Notes under the pieces: generated by a model
Databases searched by the model: none
Told to the model about the DNA's origin: nothing
Seen by the model: the letters and a program-made list of their open reading frames with translations, nothing else
Made by a program: the position numbers and the translations under genes
In this document: positions 10,236 to 21,213 of the stretch, in pieces
How positions within the stretch are numbered: position 1 is the stretch's first letter
How the letters are laid out: each line of letters begins with the position of its first letter
Assembly: GCA_963737265.1 (NCBI GenBank)
Contig: CAVTRY010000022.1
Span: forward strand, 224,001 to 288,000
Source: an uncultured delta proteobacterium
GTDB lineage: Bacteria; Myxococcota_A; Polyangia; Fen-1088
DNA length: 64,000 bases
Direction: 5' to 3'

Positions 10236-11410
10236 ATCGGCGCTTCCTATCCGCATCGATCGCGGGCGCATCCTGCCGGGCTTTCTCGACGCGCGCGACG
10301 TCCCCTGGCTGCGCGTTCTCGTCGACGAGATCGACCGCTTTCGCGGCTTGCCGGTGCGCGATCTGCTCGAACGCCTGCGCCAACCCATGCCGTGCTTCTG
10401 CCCGCCGTTCAAATCCCGCGCGGCCATCGCGCTGCTCCTGCGCCTGTGGCGGAGCGAGCTCGACGCCGCCGTCGCGCCAGAAAAAGCGCGCGAAATCCTT
10501 TTCTGCGCGGCGGCTGCTCAAGCCTCCGCGCCAAGAGCCGCCGCCGTGGAGGCCGCGGCGCAGGCGCTCGCCGTGACAGCCTGCTGCCGTCGAGCGTGCC
10601 TTGTTCGCCGATCTCCCCGGCGAGAAACTGGTCGCTGCCCCTAGCACGATCCCGTCGCCCGACGAGATCGCCCTGCGAACCAATCAGCTCATCGCACGCA
10701 GCTTGCTCTTTCACGCCCGTCGCGTCCGCATCAAGGCCGAGGGGGCGGTGCGCCCGTTGGTCCGTCAGGCCAAGCTGCGTGGCCTCATCTGCAATGTGAC
10801 CGACGGCACACCACCCGTCCTCGAGCTGTCCGGGCCGTTCACGGTTTTCCGCCACACCCTGCTTTACGGTCGCGCCCTGGGTGAACTGGTGCAATTCCTG
10901 CCCCATTGCGCGAGGTTCAAGCTGCGCGCCGAATGCATCTTGCGCCAGCGGGAAGCGACGCTGGATTTGCAGAGCGGCGACCCCATCTTTCCGTCCACGG
11001 CGCCCCAGCCCTTCGACAGCAAGTTGGAGGAGCGCTTCGCGAGAGACCTCAAGAAGGCCGCGCCCGACTGGGATCTTCTGCGCGAGCCTGAGCCCGTGTC
11101 CGCGGGAAGCTCCATCATTTTCCCCGATTTCTTGCTGCGCCACCGCCTGTGCCCGCAGCGCACGTTTCTCGTGGAGATCATGGGCTTCTGGTCGGCGAGC
11201 TATGTCGAGCGCAAGCTCTCGCTGCTGCGCCAGGCGGGCATTCACAATCTCATCCTGTGCGTGGACGAAGCGCGAATTTGCGGCGAGGGCGATTTGCCCG
11301 TCGGCGCCCGCATCGTACGCTTTCGCCGTCGCATCGATCCGCTCGCGGTGTTGGCGGCCGCGGGTGAACCAGCGCCTACAAAATGTACTGCGACAGATCC
11401 TCGTCCTTGA
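10225..11410 (+). CDS. DUF790-family (Bax1-like) putative nuclease, interrupted by a +1 frameshift near 10579
   Basis: TTG start overlaps the helicase stop. Removing one base at ~10579 joins ...ALAVT to [15 protein letters not shown]. Motifs [31 protein letters not shown] and [15 protein letters not shown]. Confidence 0.75.
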
Positions 11411-12767
11411 GCAGTCCCTGCAAACGATCGCGCACATACGCCCCGGTGATGGGGACCGTCTGTTCGCCGAGGTCGGGCGCTTCGAACGAAAGCTCGTCGA
11501 GCAGCTTTTCCATGACCGTGTGAAGCCGGCGCGCCCCGATGTTTTCCATGCGCGCGTTGACGTCGGCGGCGATGCGCGCGATCTCGGACACGGCATCGGG
11601 CTGAATGTCGAGATGCACCTTCTCGGTGGCAAGCAGCGCCGTGTACTGCTTGACGAGAGCGTTCTCCGGCTCGGTCAGAATGCGTACGAAATCGGCGTCG
11701 GTGAGCGATTCGAGCTCCACGCGAATGGGAAAACGTCCTTGCAGCTCCGGAATTAGGTCCTTGGGCTTGGCCACGTGGAACGCGCCCGCGGCGATGAACA
11801 GCACGTGGTCGGTCTTGAGCGGCCCGTACTTGGTCGACACGGTGGAGCCTTCCACGATCGGCAGAAGATCGCGCTGTACGCCCTCGCGCGAGACATCGGG
11901 ACCGTGCCCGCCGGACTCGCGCCCGGCCACCTTGTCGAGTTCGTCGATGAAGATGATGCCGTCCTGTTCGGCGCGGCGAACCGCTTCCTTGGTGACGCAA
12001 TCCATGTCGATGAGCTTGCCCACTTCCTCCTCGGTGAGTGCGTCGAGCGCCTCGGGCACGCTCAGCCGGCGATGCTTGGTGCGCTTGTTGTGGGGAAACA
12101 TGTTTTGCAGGTTGAGGACCATCTCCTCCATGCCGGTGCCGGAAAACACGTCGACGAAAGACTGGCCGCCCTCGCTGGTGTCGATCTCGACCATCTTGTC
12201 GTTGAGCTTCCCGTCGCGCAGAAGACGGCGCAGGCTCTCACGCGTCGTCGATTCCGTGGGTGCTCCCGGCTCGGCCGCGGCCTCGCTGCCAGGCAGGGCA
12301 ATCGCCCCCGACGGGGTTCGCGCCGAGCGCGGCGGCGGCAGCAGCACATCGAGCAGCCGTTCCTCGGCGTTTTCGCGCGCGCGCGGCTTGGCTCGTTCGC
12401 GCTCCTCCTCGCGCAACATGGACACCGCCGTTTCCGCCAGATCGCGCACCATGGAATCCACGTCGCGTCCCACGTAGCCCACCTCGGTGAACTTGGACGC
12501 TTCGACCTTCACGAACGGCGCGTTGGCCAGCTTGGCCAGGCGGCGCGCGATTTCGGTTTTTCCGACGCCGGTCGGGCCGATGAGCATGATGTTCTTGGGC
12601 GAAATCTCGTCGCGCATGCTGCCCGGCACCTGCTGCCGGCGCCAGCGGTTGCGCAGAGCCACCGCCACCGCGCGCTTGGCTGCCCGTTGCCCCACGATGT
12701 AGCGATCCAATTCCTCGACGATGGCACGCGGCGTGAGCGCCTCGGCGCGCTTTGAAGTTCCCGGCAT
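11376..12767 (-). CDS. hslU: ATP-dependent protease ATPase subunit HslU
   Basis: [56 protein letters not shown]. Confidence 0.97.
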   Translation of the reverse strand: MPGTSKRAEALTPRAIVEELDRYIVGQRAAKRAVAVALRNRWRRQQVPGSMRDEISPKNIMLIGPTGVGKTEIARRLAKLANAPFVKVEASKFTEVGYVGRDVDSMVRDLAETAVSMLREEERERAKPRARENAEERLLDVLLPPPRSARTPSGAIALPGSEAAAEPGAPTESTTRESLRRLLRDGKLNDKMVEIDTSEGGQSFVDVFSGTGMEEMVLNLQNMFPHNKRTKHRRLSVPEALDALTEEEVGKLIDMDCVTKEAVRRAEQDGIIFIDELDKVAGRESGGHGPDVSREGVQRDLLPIVEGSTVSTKYGPLKTDHVLFIAAGAFHVAKPKDLIPELQGRFPIRVELESLTDADFVRILTEPENALVKQYTALLATEKVHLDIQPDAVSEIARIAADVNARMENIGARRLHTVMEKLLDELSFEAPDLGEQTVPITGAYVRDRLQGLLKDEDLSQYIL

Positions 12768-12770
12768 GGG

Positions 12771-13310
12771 CTACAGCTCCTCGAAAACGAAGTGATTGTT
12801 GGTGTACACGCAAATGTCGGCGGCGATGCCTAGGCTGCGCTCGGCGATCTCGCGTGCCGACAGCTTGGTTTCGGCCAGTAGCGCCCGGGCCGCGGCCAGG
12901 GCAAAGTTGCCGCCCGAGCCGACCGCGGCCACGTCGGAATCCGGCTCGATAATATCGCCGGTGCCGGACAGCATGAGAATGTGCTCGCCATCGGCCACGA
13001 GCAAAAGCGCTTCCAGCCGACGCAACACGCGGTCGGTTCGCCAATCCTTGGCCAGCTCCACCGCTGCGCGCATGAGATTTCCGCTCGCGTCCTTGAGCTT
13101 CGCCTCCAGCTTCTCGAACAGGGTTAGGCCATCGGCGGCCGATCCGGCGAAACCGGCGATGATTTTGCCGTCGTTGAGGCGACGCAGTTTGCGCGCGGTG
13201 GACTTGACCACGGTCTGTCCCATGGTGACTTGTCCGTCGCTGCCCATGACGACCTTGCCGCCGGTGCGCACGACCAGGACCGTTGTGGCGCGGGTTCGGG
13301 GTGAATGCAT
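12771..13310 (-). CDS. hslV: ATP-dependent protease peptidase subunit HslV
   Basis: N-terminal Thr nucleophile (ATTVL), [41 protein letters not shown]. Confidence 0.97.
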   Translation of the reverse strand: MHSPRTRATTVLVVRTGGKVVMGSDGQVTMGQTVVKSTARKLRRLNDGKIIAGFAGSAADGLTLFEKLEAKLKDASGNLMRAAVELAKDWRTDRVLRRLEALLLVADGEHILMLSGTGDIIEPDSDVAAVGSGGNFALAAARALLAETKLSAREIAERSLGIAADICVYTNNHFVFEEL

Positions 13311-13319
13311 GCGCGCAGC

Positions 13320-14276
13320 TTAGCGCGTTCGCAGCGTCGCGCGAGGGTGAGCTCTGTCATAAACCGCCATAAGGTGATCGATGTCGACCTGGGCATAGCG
13401 CTGGGTGGTGCGCAGGCTGGCGTGGCCGAGCAATTCCTGGATAGAGCGCAGGTCCGCGCCTTCGCCGAGCAGGTGGGTGGCGAAGCTGTGGCGCAAGGCG
13501 TGCGGCGACACGCGCTTGACGTCGTTCTCGCGCTCGCGGCGGTCGAGCTTGCGCCGGGCCTCTCGGTCGCCCATGCGCAAACCTCGCCGCGAAAGAAACA
13601 GCGCCTGCGCGTCGACGGGCTTGCCCTGCGCCATGACCGCGGTCAAAAGACTTGCTCGCGACGGCAAGTAGCCCTGCACCGCCTGCCACGCCTTGCCGCC
13701 CGCCGGGACGATGCGGTCTTTCCCGCCCTTGCCCATGCGCACCGTGACTTTCGCTGCTGCTCCGTCGGGCACGATGTCGTCAAGGTCGAGATGGCAAGCC
13801 TCGGAAATGCGCAAGCCGCTTCCGTAAAGGATCTCGAAAAGCGCCTGGTCGCGCGTGGTTTCGAAGTCGCCGTGCGAGAGGCCGTGCGCCTGCTTGCCGT
13901 CGAGCAGACGCGAGGCCTCTTCCTTGCCAAGAAAGGCGGGCAGGTGATGCGCGCGCTTAGGACCGCGCAGGGCGGCCAGGGGGTTGGAGGCGATGAGCTT
14001 GCGGCGCACCAGCAAGCGAAAGAAGGTCTTGAGCGACGACAGCTTGCGACCGACGCTGATCGGATCGTTGCGGCCGTGCAGCCCAGCCAGAAACGAACGA
14101 CAGGCGATGGTATCGAGCTCCTCGGCGACGAGCGCAGCGCTATCGTGGTCACCGCGGCGGGCATGCACGTGGGCAAACAGCTCTTCCAGGTCGGCCAGAT
14201 AGGCGCGCAAAGTATTGGAAGAGGCGCGCTTCTCGCTTTCGAGGTGCTGGCGGAAGAGGTCGACGAGCGGCTCCAT
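13320..14276 (-). CDS. xerC: Tyrosine recombinase XerC
   Basis: SSNTLRAY, LYGSGLRISE, GKGGKDR, HALRHSFATHLL, LLGHASLRTTQRY; conserved topA-xerC-hslVU order. Confidence 0.9.
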   Translation of the reverse strand: MEPLVDLFRQHLESEKRASSNTLRAYLADLEELFAHVHARRGDHDSAALVAEELDTIACRSFLAGLHGRNDPISVGRKLSSLKTFFRLLVRRKLIASNPLAALRGPKRAHHLPAFLGKEEASRLLDGKQAHGLSHGDFETTRDQALFEILYGSGLRISEACHLDLDDIVPDGAAAKVTVRMGKGGKDRIVPAGGKAWQAVQGYLPSRASLLTAVMAQGKPVDAQALFLSRRGLRMGDREARRKLDRRERENDVKRVSPHALRHSFATHLLGEGADLRSIQELLGHASLRTTQRYAQVDIDHLMAVYDRAHPRATLRTR

Positions 14277-14336
14277 CGCGTCGGATCCTATCCTCCGCGA
14301 GCCGCGAGCGCCAAAAATGGCTCTGGAGAGCTCTTG

Positions 14337-16793
14337 CTACGAGGCCTGCACCTTGGGCTCGTTGTCGCTGTCGTCGGCGTCGGCGCCCCAGCCGCAGCCC
14401 TCAGCGATGCAGCGCAGGCGCGTACCGGAGCGCGACACTTTCTGCACGATGAAAACCGCGCCACACTGCGGACAGGGCTTGGGCACCGGGCGATCCCACG
14501 ACACGAAGTCGCACTTCGACTTGGCGTAGTTCGAACAGCCGAAGAAGACCTTGCCACGCCGCGAGCGCTTCTCCGTAAGATAGCCGCCGCAGCTTGGCCG
14601 CGGACATGTCACCCCGAGGGAGATGGGGCTGGTGGTCTTGCAATCGGGATAGCGCGAGCACGCCAGGAATTCGCCAAAGCGGCCCCGCCTGACGACCATG
14701 GAGGAGCCGCACGTCGTGCAGATCTGGTCCGACGGCCGCGTGGCGGGATGCACGGTCAAGGTGCCGTCGGGATTGCGCGTGTATTCCTTGGTATTGCGGC
14801 ATTCGGGGTAGCCCGAACAGGCGAGGAAATAGCCGTTGCGGCCCCACTTGATGACCATGGGCTTGCCGCACTTTTCGCAGATCTCCTCGGTGGGCTGCTC
14901 CTCGCGCTTGATGTCGCGCATCTCGACCTTGGCGCGCGCCAAATCGCGCTCGAACGGCTGGTAGAAATCGCGCAGCAGCTTGATCCAGTCGACCGCGCCC
15001 TCTTCGACTTCGTCGAGCTGCTCTTCCATTTGGGCGGTGAAGTCGGTGTTGAGAATGTCGGGGAAGCTCTTGACCAAAAGCCCGTTGACCACCACCCCAA
15101 GCTCGGTCGGCGCCAGGCGTCCTTCCTTCTTCTCGGCGTAGCCGCGATCCTGGACCGTGGAAAGAATGGCGGCGTAGGTAGACGGCCGGCCGATGCCCTT
15201 CTCCTCAAGCTCGCGCACCAAGGTGGCTTCGGAGAAGCGCGGCGGCGGTTGGGTGAAATGCTGCTCGGGATTTTCGCCGACCAGGTGCAAGAGCTCGCCT
15301 TCCAACACATCGGGCAGGCTTCCGCCGCTGTCGTCCTCGGCAGCAACGTCTTCCTGGGTTTCGGCGTAGACGTCGAGGAAGCCGGGGAAGCGCATGACCT
15401 GGCCACTCGCGCGCAAGCCGACGCGGCCGGCTTCGATTTCGATAGTCGTCTGATCGAACAACGCCGGCGCCATCTGGCACGCCACGAAGCGGTTCCAAAT
15501 CAGCGTATACAGCCTGATGAGATCTTCGGTCTCGCGCGCATCGCGCCCGGCGCCCGATTCGGTGAGCAAGGCGCGCACCCGCTCGGGATCGTGGTCGAGC
15601 AACGTCGGCCGAATCGCTTCGTGCGCGTCCTGCGCGCTCTTCTTCGATTTAAAAAAATTCGGTTCGCTCGGCAAGTGCGCCGCGCTGTAGCGGCTGGCGA
15701 TCAGGGTACGCACCTCGCGAACCGCATCGTCGGAGATGCGCGTCGAATCGGTACGCATGTAGGTGATAAGACCGGTCGGCCCCTCGGCACCGAGCTCGAT
15801 GCCTTCGTAAAGCCGCTGGGCGAGACCCATGGTCCGCTTGGGCGAGAAGCGCAATTTGCTCGACGCCTCTTGCTGCAGACGCGAGGTGATGAACGGCGGC
15901 GGGGCATTCTTGCGTCGCTCCTTGCGCTCGACCGACGCCACCCGCAGTTGTGCCTGGCGAACGATGTCGAGCGCCTGCGTCGCCTGCCCCTCATGCACGA
16001 GGACCGGCTTGTCCCCATCCAGCCTGACCACGCGCGCGGCGAACGGCGGCGGACTTTCCCCCTCCACCTCGACTTCCACGGTCCAATACTCCTCGGTCTG
16101 GAAGGCCTTGATCTCTTCCTCGCGCTCGACCAGCAGGCGCACCGCCACCGACTGGACTCGGCCGGCGGAAAGCCCGCGCCGGACCTTGGTCCACAGAATC
16201 GGACTGATTTGATAGCCGACCAAGCGATCGAGGACGCGCCTTGCCTGCTGCGATTCGTATTTCTTGGCGTCGAGCGGAAGCGGGTGAAGAATGGCTTCGA
16301 GAACCGCCTTCTTGGTGATCTCGTTGAACATCACGCGGTGGATGTTGGGGTTGGACGATCGAATCTCGTCGGCGATGTGCCACGCGATGGCCTCGCCCTC
16401 GCGATCGGGGTCGGGCGCGAGCAGCACCTGCGACGCGCGTTTGGCCGCCGCCTTGATCTCGGCGATGATCTTGTTCTTGCTTTCGATGACCACGTAGTTG
16501 GGCTGAAAGTCGTGCTCGATGTCGATGCCGATGGACGCCTTGGGGAGATCTTTCACGTGTCCCACCGAGGCCTTCACGTCAAATCCCTTGCCCAAGTACT
16601 TCTTGATCGTGGTCGCCTTGGCGGGCGACTCGACGATAACCAAGGTTCCGCCCGAGCGCTTCGTCGCAGGCGTCTTTTCGGGTGCGTCGGATTCGACGGC
16701 AAGGGCGAGGCTGGCTTTCGCAACCTTTGCGCGAGGCTTTTTGTCGGCGTCGGAGGATGACTTCTTTGCGCGCGGTTTCTTTTCAGCAGGCAC
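14337..16793 (-). CDS. topA: DNA topoisomerase I with C-terminal Zn ribbons
   Basis: IVESPAKA, DPDREGEAIA, SAGRVQS, ITYMRTDS, GIGRPSTY, several CxxC zinc ribbons. Probable GTG start 16793 overlapping the dprA stop. Confidence 0.96.
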   Translation of the reverse strand: MPAEKKPRAKKSSSDADKKPRAKVAKASLALAVESDAPEKTPATKRSGGTLVIVESPAKATTIKKYLGKGFDVKASVGHVKDLPKASIGIDIEHDFQPNYVVIESKNKIIAEIKAAAKRASQVLLAPDPDREGEAIAWHIADEIRSSNPNIHRVMFNEITKKAVLEAILHPLPLDAKKYESQQARRVLDRLVGYQISPILWTKVRRGLSAGRVQSVAVRLLVEREEEIKAFQTEEYWTVEVEVEGESPPPFAARVVRLDGDKPVLVHEGQATQALDIVRQAQLRVASVERKERRKNAPPPFITSRLQQEASSKLRFSPKRTMGLAQRLYEGIELGAEGPTGLITYMRTDSTRISDDAVREVRTLIASRYSAAHLPSEPNFFKSKKSAQDAHEAIRPTLLDHDPERVRALLTESGAGRDARETEDLIRLYTLIWNRFVACQMAPALFDQTTIEIEAGRVGLRASGQVMRFPGFLDVYAETQEDVAAEDDSGGSLPDVLEGELLHLVGENPEQHFTQPPPRFSEATLVRELEEKGIGRPSTYAAILSTVQDRGYAEKKEGRLAPTELGVVVNGLLVKSFPDILNTDFTAQMEEQLDEVEEGAVDWIKLLRDFYQPFERDLARAKVEMRDIKREEQPTEEICEKCGKPMVIKWGRNGYFLACSGYPECRNTKEYTRNPDGTLTVHPATRPSDQICTTCGSSMVVRRGRFGEFLACSRYPDCKTTSPISLGVTCPRPSCGGYLTEKRSRRGKVFFGCSNYAKSKCDFVSWDRPVPKPCPQCGAVFIVQKVSRSGTRLRCIAEGCGWGADADDSDNEPKVQAS

Positions 16794-17679
16794 GTTGGTT
16801 GACCTCGTAGGTGTTGCCAGCCGCGCGTTTGACGAAGCCATCAAGCTCCGCCTCGGCCAGCATCGCCAGGACAGCCGGCAGGGCCATTCCCGTGCGTTTG
16901 CACAAATCCGCGGGGTTGTTCGCACCCGCGGCGATCGCGTCCATGATGGCCGCGATCGGACCCGGTGGGCATGGCGGTGGCGCGATCGCCATGTCCAGGC
17001 ACGGATTCGCCGTCAGGTTCAAGATATCGGCGGCCGAGGTCGCGGGGAAAGCGCGGCCCGCGCGCACCAGCGCGTCCGTGCCGGGGCTGCCAGGAATGGC
17101 AAACAGGGGTCGGCCGAGGTCGCGTGCGAGACGCGCGGTGATGAGCGCGCCCGACCGCAACGCTGCCTCGGCCACGATCACTCCGTCCGCCAGTCCCGCG
17201 ATGATGCGATTGCGGGCCGGAAACTGACCAGCCCGCGGCGGGGTACCTGGTCGATACTCGGACAGCAGCCCGCCAGAGGCGGCAACGCGAGCAAACAGCC
17301 CCGCGTGGCGATCGGGATAGACGACGTCGGTGCCACAGCCAAGTACCGCGAAGGTAGCCGCGCCCGAGGCCATCGAACCTTCGTGCGCGGCAGCGTCGAT
17401 GCCAAACGCTCCGCCCGACACGATAGCGGCGCCAGCGCTGCCGAGAGCAAAGGCGATGGCATGGGACCGCTCGCAACCCGCCGCCGTGGCCGCGCGAGCG
17501 CCCACGATGGCGAACACGCGCACTTCCGCCGCCGGCAACCGTCCCCTGAACCAAAGCGATTTCGGAGCCGCCGGAATCCCGCGCAGGCGCGCTGGATAGC
17601 CAGGGTCGTCGTACCCGACCTTGGTTTCGAGCTTGCCCGAAGACGCGGATCGGCCTTGCTGTACCGCTAAAAATGCCAT
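16783..17679 (-). CDS. dprA: DNA-processing protein DprA (Smf)
   Basis: YPARL, AIVGAR, IVSGGAFGIDAAAH, FPARNRIIAGL, SGALITA, C-terminal winged helix. Start uncertain; N-terminal SAM-like domain appears absent. Confidence 0.9.
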   Translation of the reverse strand: MAFLAVQQGRSASSGKLETKVGYDDPGYPARLRGIPAAPKSLWFRGRLPAAEVRVFAIVGARAATAAGCERSHAIAFALGSAGAAIVSGGAFGIDAAAHEGSMASGAATFAVLGCGTDVVYPDRHAGLFARVAASGGLLSEYRPGTPPRAGQFPARNRIIAGLADGVIVAEAALRSGALITARLARDLGRPLFAIPGSPGTDALVRAGRAFPATSAADILNLTANPCLDMAIAPPPCPPGPIAAIMDAIAAGANNPADLCKRTGMALPAVLAMLAEAELDGFVKRAAGNTYEVNQRAC

Positions 17680-17879
17680 CCCTGGCATTCTCGGCAAAAC
17701 TCGGCTCAGGTTTCCAGCCATTTGCATTGGGTGGGCAAGCTGATAGCGCCGGACCTGAAGAAGATCAAGCAGTTGTGCCAAAGTGCCCGTAATCCAACGA
17801 GCTTGGGCAGGCTGAGCGTCGCGCCATTTGCTGGGCGAGGGTGTCGTTCTGTCCTCGCCAGCCCATTTTCGTCCGGCAA

Positions 17880-19220
17880 CTAGTGGCCCTTGCGCATCTC
17901 GGTAAGCTCACCGACTTTGAGCTCTTTGTTGCTCCGGGCGATCCAGGCAACCGAGGCGTCGTCGCGAACATCCACCACCCAGATCTCGCCCACCACCTCT
18001 TTGGGCGAGTTTGGATCGTGAACCTCCCAGCTTTCGAGGGTGCCGCGATACCCGTCGCCGCGCCGGATCACGAAGGTCCGGTTGCCGACCTGAACGCCAT
18101 CGCGCTTGCCGCGATTTAGCACCACGAAGTGGCCGGCCCCGAGCAGGGTGTTGGGTTCGAACGTCGCCACCACGCGCGCCTCGAGATTGACGTTGCTGGC
18201 CTTGGGCTCGATGGTTTTGAATTGCCTTACTGCCGCACTCACGCGAGCGCCACGCTCGATCGGTTTGACGGTGTCCGCGAGGGTTCCACGCGCAACATCG
18301 TTTTCGGCGATTTGATTGATGACGACGTCGCCGAGAATGGAGACCATGTAGCCGTAGCTCTTTCCGGTCACCGCATCCACCACCGGATGATCGCGGTCGG
18401 TGGTGAACACCGAGTAGCGCTGGCCGGCGTGCAAAGGCGCCTGCTTGGGATAATTGAGATAAGCCTGATCCGAGGTTGAGAGGATGATCTTCTCTTCGCG
18501 CGACCCGGTGATCGTCGCAGCCTGATCCAAATCACCTGCCTCGATGAAGCCGAGCTCGCGAAGCGGCACGCCGCTGCCGCCAAAAACGTTGGCCCGATTC
18601 GAGGAGATGCGTGACGCCGGCTTGGCGGGTGGCGCCGCCGTCGGGGGCAAGCTACCCGCGTCTGCCGCAAACGCCGCGCCCGCATCGCCGAGCCGGATGA
18701 CGTCGCCGGGAAAGATCCAGTGCGGATTGGTGATGACCGGATTGGCGGCCCACAGCCGCGGCCAGCGCCACGGGTCGTTGAAGTACTTGGAACAGAGCGA
18801 CCACAACGTGTCGCCCTTTTGCACCACGTGCAGCTCGGGAATACCAGAGCTCGGCTGTCCGCTTGTGACCTTGTCTCCCGCGTCGGCGTTTGGCGCGCTC
18901 GGGTCCTGGCCGTACAGACTCCCCGGTGCCGTCAGCCCATCGGCCGTGTTCTCAATGCGACGCGAGCTTGGATCAGGCGCGCTGCTGCCCAGGGTTTTCG
19001 ATCCATTTTGCCTTGAACCGCGTCCGGAAACCGGCGTGCCGTCCGCGTCGGTTCCAAGGGCGCCAGGATCGGAAGGTTCGGGCACGTCGGCGGACATTTT
19101 TCTCGCCCCCTCGACCTGCGCAGGGATCCGAGTGGCACCCGTGTTGTCGGCCCAGGCCAAGACGGGCCAACCGGCCAGGATGGCAATTTCCACTAGCAAA
19201 GGGAGACGGTCAGGTCTCAC
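17880..19220 (-). CDS. Secreted LysM peptidoglycan-binding protein
   Basis: Signal peptide and LysM HVVQKGDTLWSL...WPRLWAANPVITNPHWIFPG; usual position upstream of dprA. Confidence 0.85.
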   Translation of the reverse strand: MRPDRLPLLVEIAILAGWPVLAWADNTGATRIPAQVEGARKMSADVPEPSDPGALGTDADGTPVSGRGSRQNGSKTLGSSAPDPSSRRIENTADGLTAPGSLYGQDPSAPNADAGDKVTSGQPSSGIPELHVVQKGDTLWSLCSKYFNDPWRWPRLWAANPVITNPHWIFPGDVIRLGDAGAAFAADAGSLPPTAAPPAKPASRISSNRANVFGGSGVPLRELGFIEAGDLDQAATITGSREEKIILSTSDQAYLNYPKQAPLHAGQRYSVFTTDRDHPVVDAVTGKSYGYMVSILGDVVINQIAENDVARGTLADTVKPIERGARVSAAVRQFKTIEPKASNVNLEARVVATFEPNTLLGAGHFVVLNRGKRDGVQVGNRTFVIRRGDGYRGTLESWEVHDPNSPKEVVGEIWVVDVRDDASVAWIARSNKELKVGELTEMRKGH

Positions 19221-20161
19221 GGGGCCTCCTCAAGCGCGTGCGCGGTCTTGGCGGCTGGGGCCGCAATCGAAGATGATTCGCCCGCGCCACGCACGCCGTT
19301 CGAGCGATCCAACTCTGCCAGCCGGGATTCGGCCAGAGCCGCGGCTTCGTGCCGCGGATACGAGCGCTGTAGCTGGCCCAGGGTTTGCCGGCCGGCCTCG
19401 GTGCTGCCGAGGGCCAGATAGCTAAAGCCAACCTTGAGCAGGGCATCGGGAACCTTGTTGCCGTTTGGGTAGCGTTCAATCACCCGCCTGAATTCTCGTA
19501 CCGCCGAGGCGTAGTCCTTGCGGTCGTAGTAGCACTCGCCCAGCCAGTATTGGGAGTTATCGGCCAAGTCGTGCGCGGGGAAGGCCCGCAGAAAATCGCG
19601 AAAACCTTGTATCGCCTCGTCGTGCCTGCCGGTGCGCAGTGCCTCGTAGGACTTGCGGTAGAGCACGACCGCCTCGGGGCGATCAATTTTGGCCGGAATC
19701 CCCTCGCGAACCACGCGAATCGGCGGCGCCTGGCTCGGCATCTCGCGAGTGATCGACAGCTCGGCGCTGTCGCCGTGCAGGCGCAGAATCGGCCGATGAA
19801 CCGTGGGCTTGGCCGCTTCGCCCGCGTATTCCACTTCGGGCTCCGAGGCGGTCTCCGTGCCGGGTGGCGCGCTGGCCATCGCCGTTGTGGGTGGGGCGGC
19901 GGTCGGGTGCAGGGTCACCGTGGGCAACTTGGGTGCGGCGACCTTTTCGTCGTTGACCTTCCGACTGTCCATTTGATCGCTGAGGATGAAGATGCGGTTT
20001 TCGAGCTCCTCGATCTGCTTCGCGTAGACGGCGTTCTGCGCGCGCATCGATTCCAGCGCCCGGTTGAGCTGCTCGACTTCGGCCGGGTTGGTCGGTCGGT
20101 GGGCGCACCCGCCCATCAGCACGAAGCTCGCAAGTCCTACGATGTGGTTGCGCGACCGCAT
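19217..20161 (-). CDS. ybgF: Tol-pal associated protein YbgF/CpoB-like lipoprotein (coiled coil + TPR)
   Basis: Lipobox LMGGC, coiled coil, TPR motifs LADNSQYWLGECYY and PNGNKVPDALLK. SD GAGGAG before ATG 20161. Confidence 0.8.
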   Translation of the reverse strand: MRSRNHIVGLASFVLMGGCAHRPTNPAEVEQLNRALESMRAQNAVYAKQIEELENRIFILSDQMDSRKVNDEKVAAPKLPTVTLHPTAAPPTTAMASAPPGTETASEPEVEYAGEAAKPTVHRPILRLHGDSAELSITREMPSQAPPIRVVREGIPAKIDRPEAVVLYRKSYEALRTGRHDEAIQGFRDFLRAFPAHDLADNSQYWLGECYYDRKDYASAVREFRRVIERYPNGNKVPDALLKVGFSYLALGSTEAGRQTLGQLQRSYPRHEAAALAESRLAELDRSNGVRGAGESSSIAAPAAKTAHALEEAP

Positions 20162-20227
20162 GGCTCCTCGGAATGGATCATAGGATCCTTCGGCAGGAAA
20201 GCGCAAAAACTGACGCATCCCGTGGCG

Positions 20228-21167
20228 TCACGAGTCGTTGGCTAGATCCGCCAGAATCGCCCCGGCCCCGCGCGACAGCAGCGCGTTCGCGAGCTCGATT
20301 CCAAGCTCCGCGGCTTGGCGCGGAGAGCCAGTGACCTGATCCGCGATGAGCTCGGATCCGTCCGGCCGGCCAACCAGGCCAAGCATCACCACGCGACCCT
20401 CGAGCAGGCGCGCATAGCCAGCGACCGGCGTTCGGCAGCTCGCTCCCAGGCGGGCCAGGAAGGCGCGTTCCGCGGCCACCGCAGTGGCCGTCTCTGGATC
20501 GTCGAGGGCTTGGCAAATGGCTTTGACGTTCTCATCGTCGACGCCCTCGCCAGACCTAACCTCGATGGCGAGTGCGCCCTGACCCACCGCGGGCAACATG
20601 CGCTCGATCGGCAGTCGTTCGCTGATGTGGGAGGCGAAGCCAAGACGGTCGAGGCCGGCGCAGGCAAGAATGGCGGCGTCGACCACGCCGTCCGCGACTT
20701 TGCGCAAACGCGTGTCCAGGTTGCCGCGCAGAATTTGAATGTCGAGGTCGGGACGAAGCGCCCTGATCTGACAGGATCGCCGCAGGCTGGTCGTGCCCAC
20801 CCGCGCGGATCTCGGCAACCCGTCGAGGCCGGCGCCGGCGCGACTGACCACGGCATCGCGCGCGTCCGCGCGCCGTGGGACCGCCACGAGCGCAAGACCC
20901 GCGGCCAATTCTCCGGGAACATCCTTCATGCTGTGCACGGCCAGATTCGATGTCGCGGGCCAAGAGAGCGGCTTCGATCTCCTTGACCCACAGCCCCTTG
21001 CCGCCGACATTCCACAAGGGTCCGGTCGACACGCGGTCGCCCTCGGTGACGATGACTTTCTCGTCGACGACTAAGCCGGGGTGCGCCGCACGCAAGGCCT
21101 GCGCCACGAACTCGGCTTGCCAGCGCGCGAGTAAGCTGCCCCGGGTGCCTATGACGATACGATCCAT
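20228..21167 (-). CDS. hemC: Hydroxymethylbilane synthase (porphobilinogen deaminase), split by a +1 frameshift near 20946
   Basis: IGTRGSLLARWQ and GGKGLWVKEIE in one frame; AVHSMKDVP, VGTTSLRR, RGNLDTRL, PAVGQGAL and GASCRTPV in the next. Deleting one A restores IDLAVHS. Confidence 0.9.
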
Positions 21168-21213
21168 GGCCTGACCCATACGATGAAAGCGAATGTCCTT
21201 GCCGGCGTCGCCT

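Noticed and set aside
13320-14276. Tyrosine recombinase as a prophage/ICE integrase
   Set aside because: Sits in the conserved dprA-topA-xerC-hslVU housekeeping cluster with no att sites or cargo.
13305-16760. 1151-aa + strand ORF
   Set aside because: Antisense shadow of xerC/topA in high-GC DNA; no recognisable motifs.
18282-18297. parS-like GGTTCCACGCGCAACA inside the LysM gene (and a half-site near 46536)
   Set aside because: Three or more mismatches to the palindrome, inside coding sequence; not distinguishable from chance.
20940-20950. Programmed frameshifting in hemC
   Set aside because: No slippery run or stimulatory structure; sequencing error is more parsimonious given similar events elsewhere.
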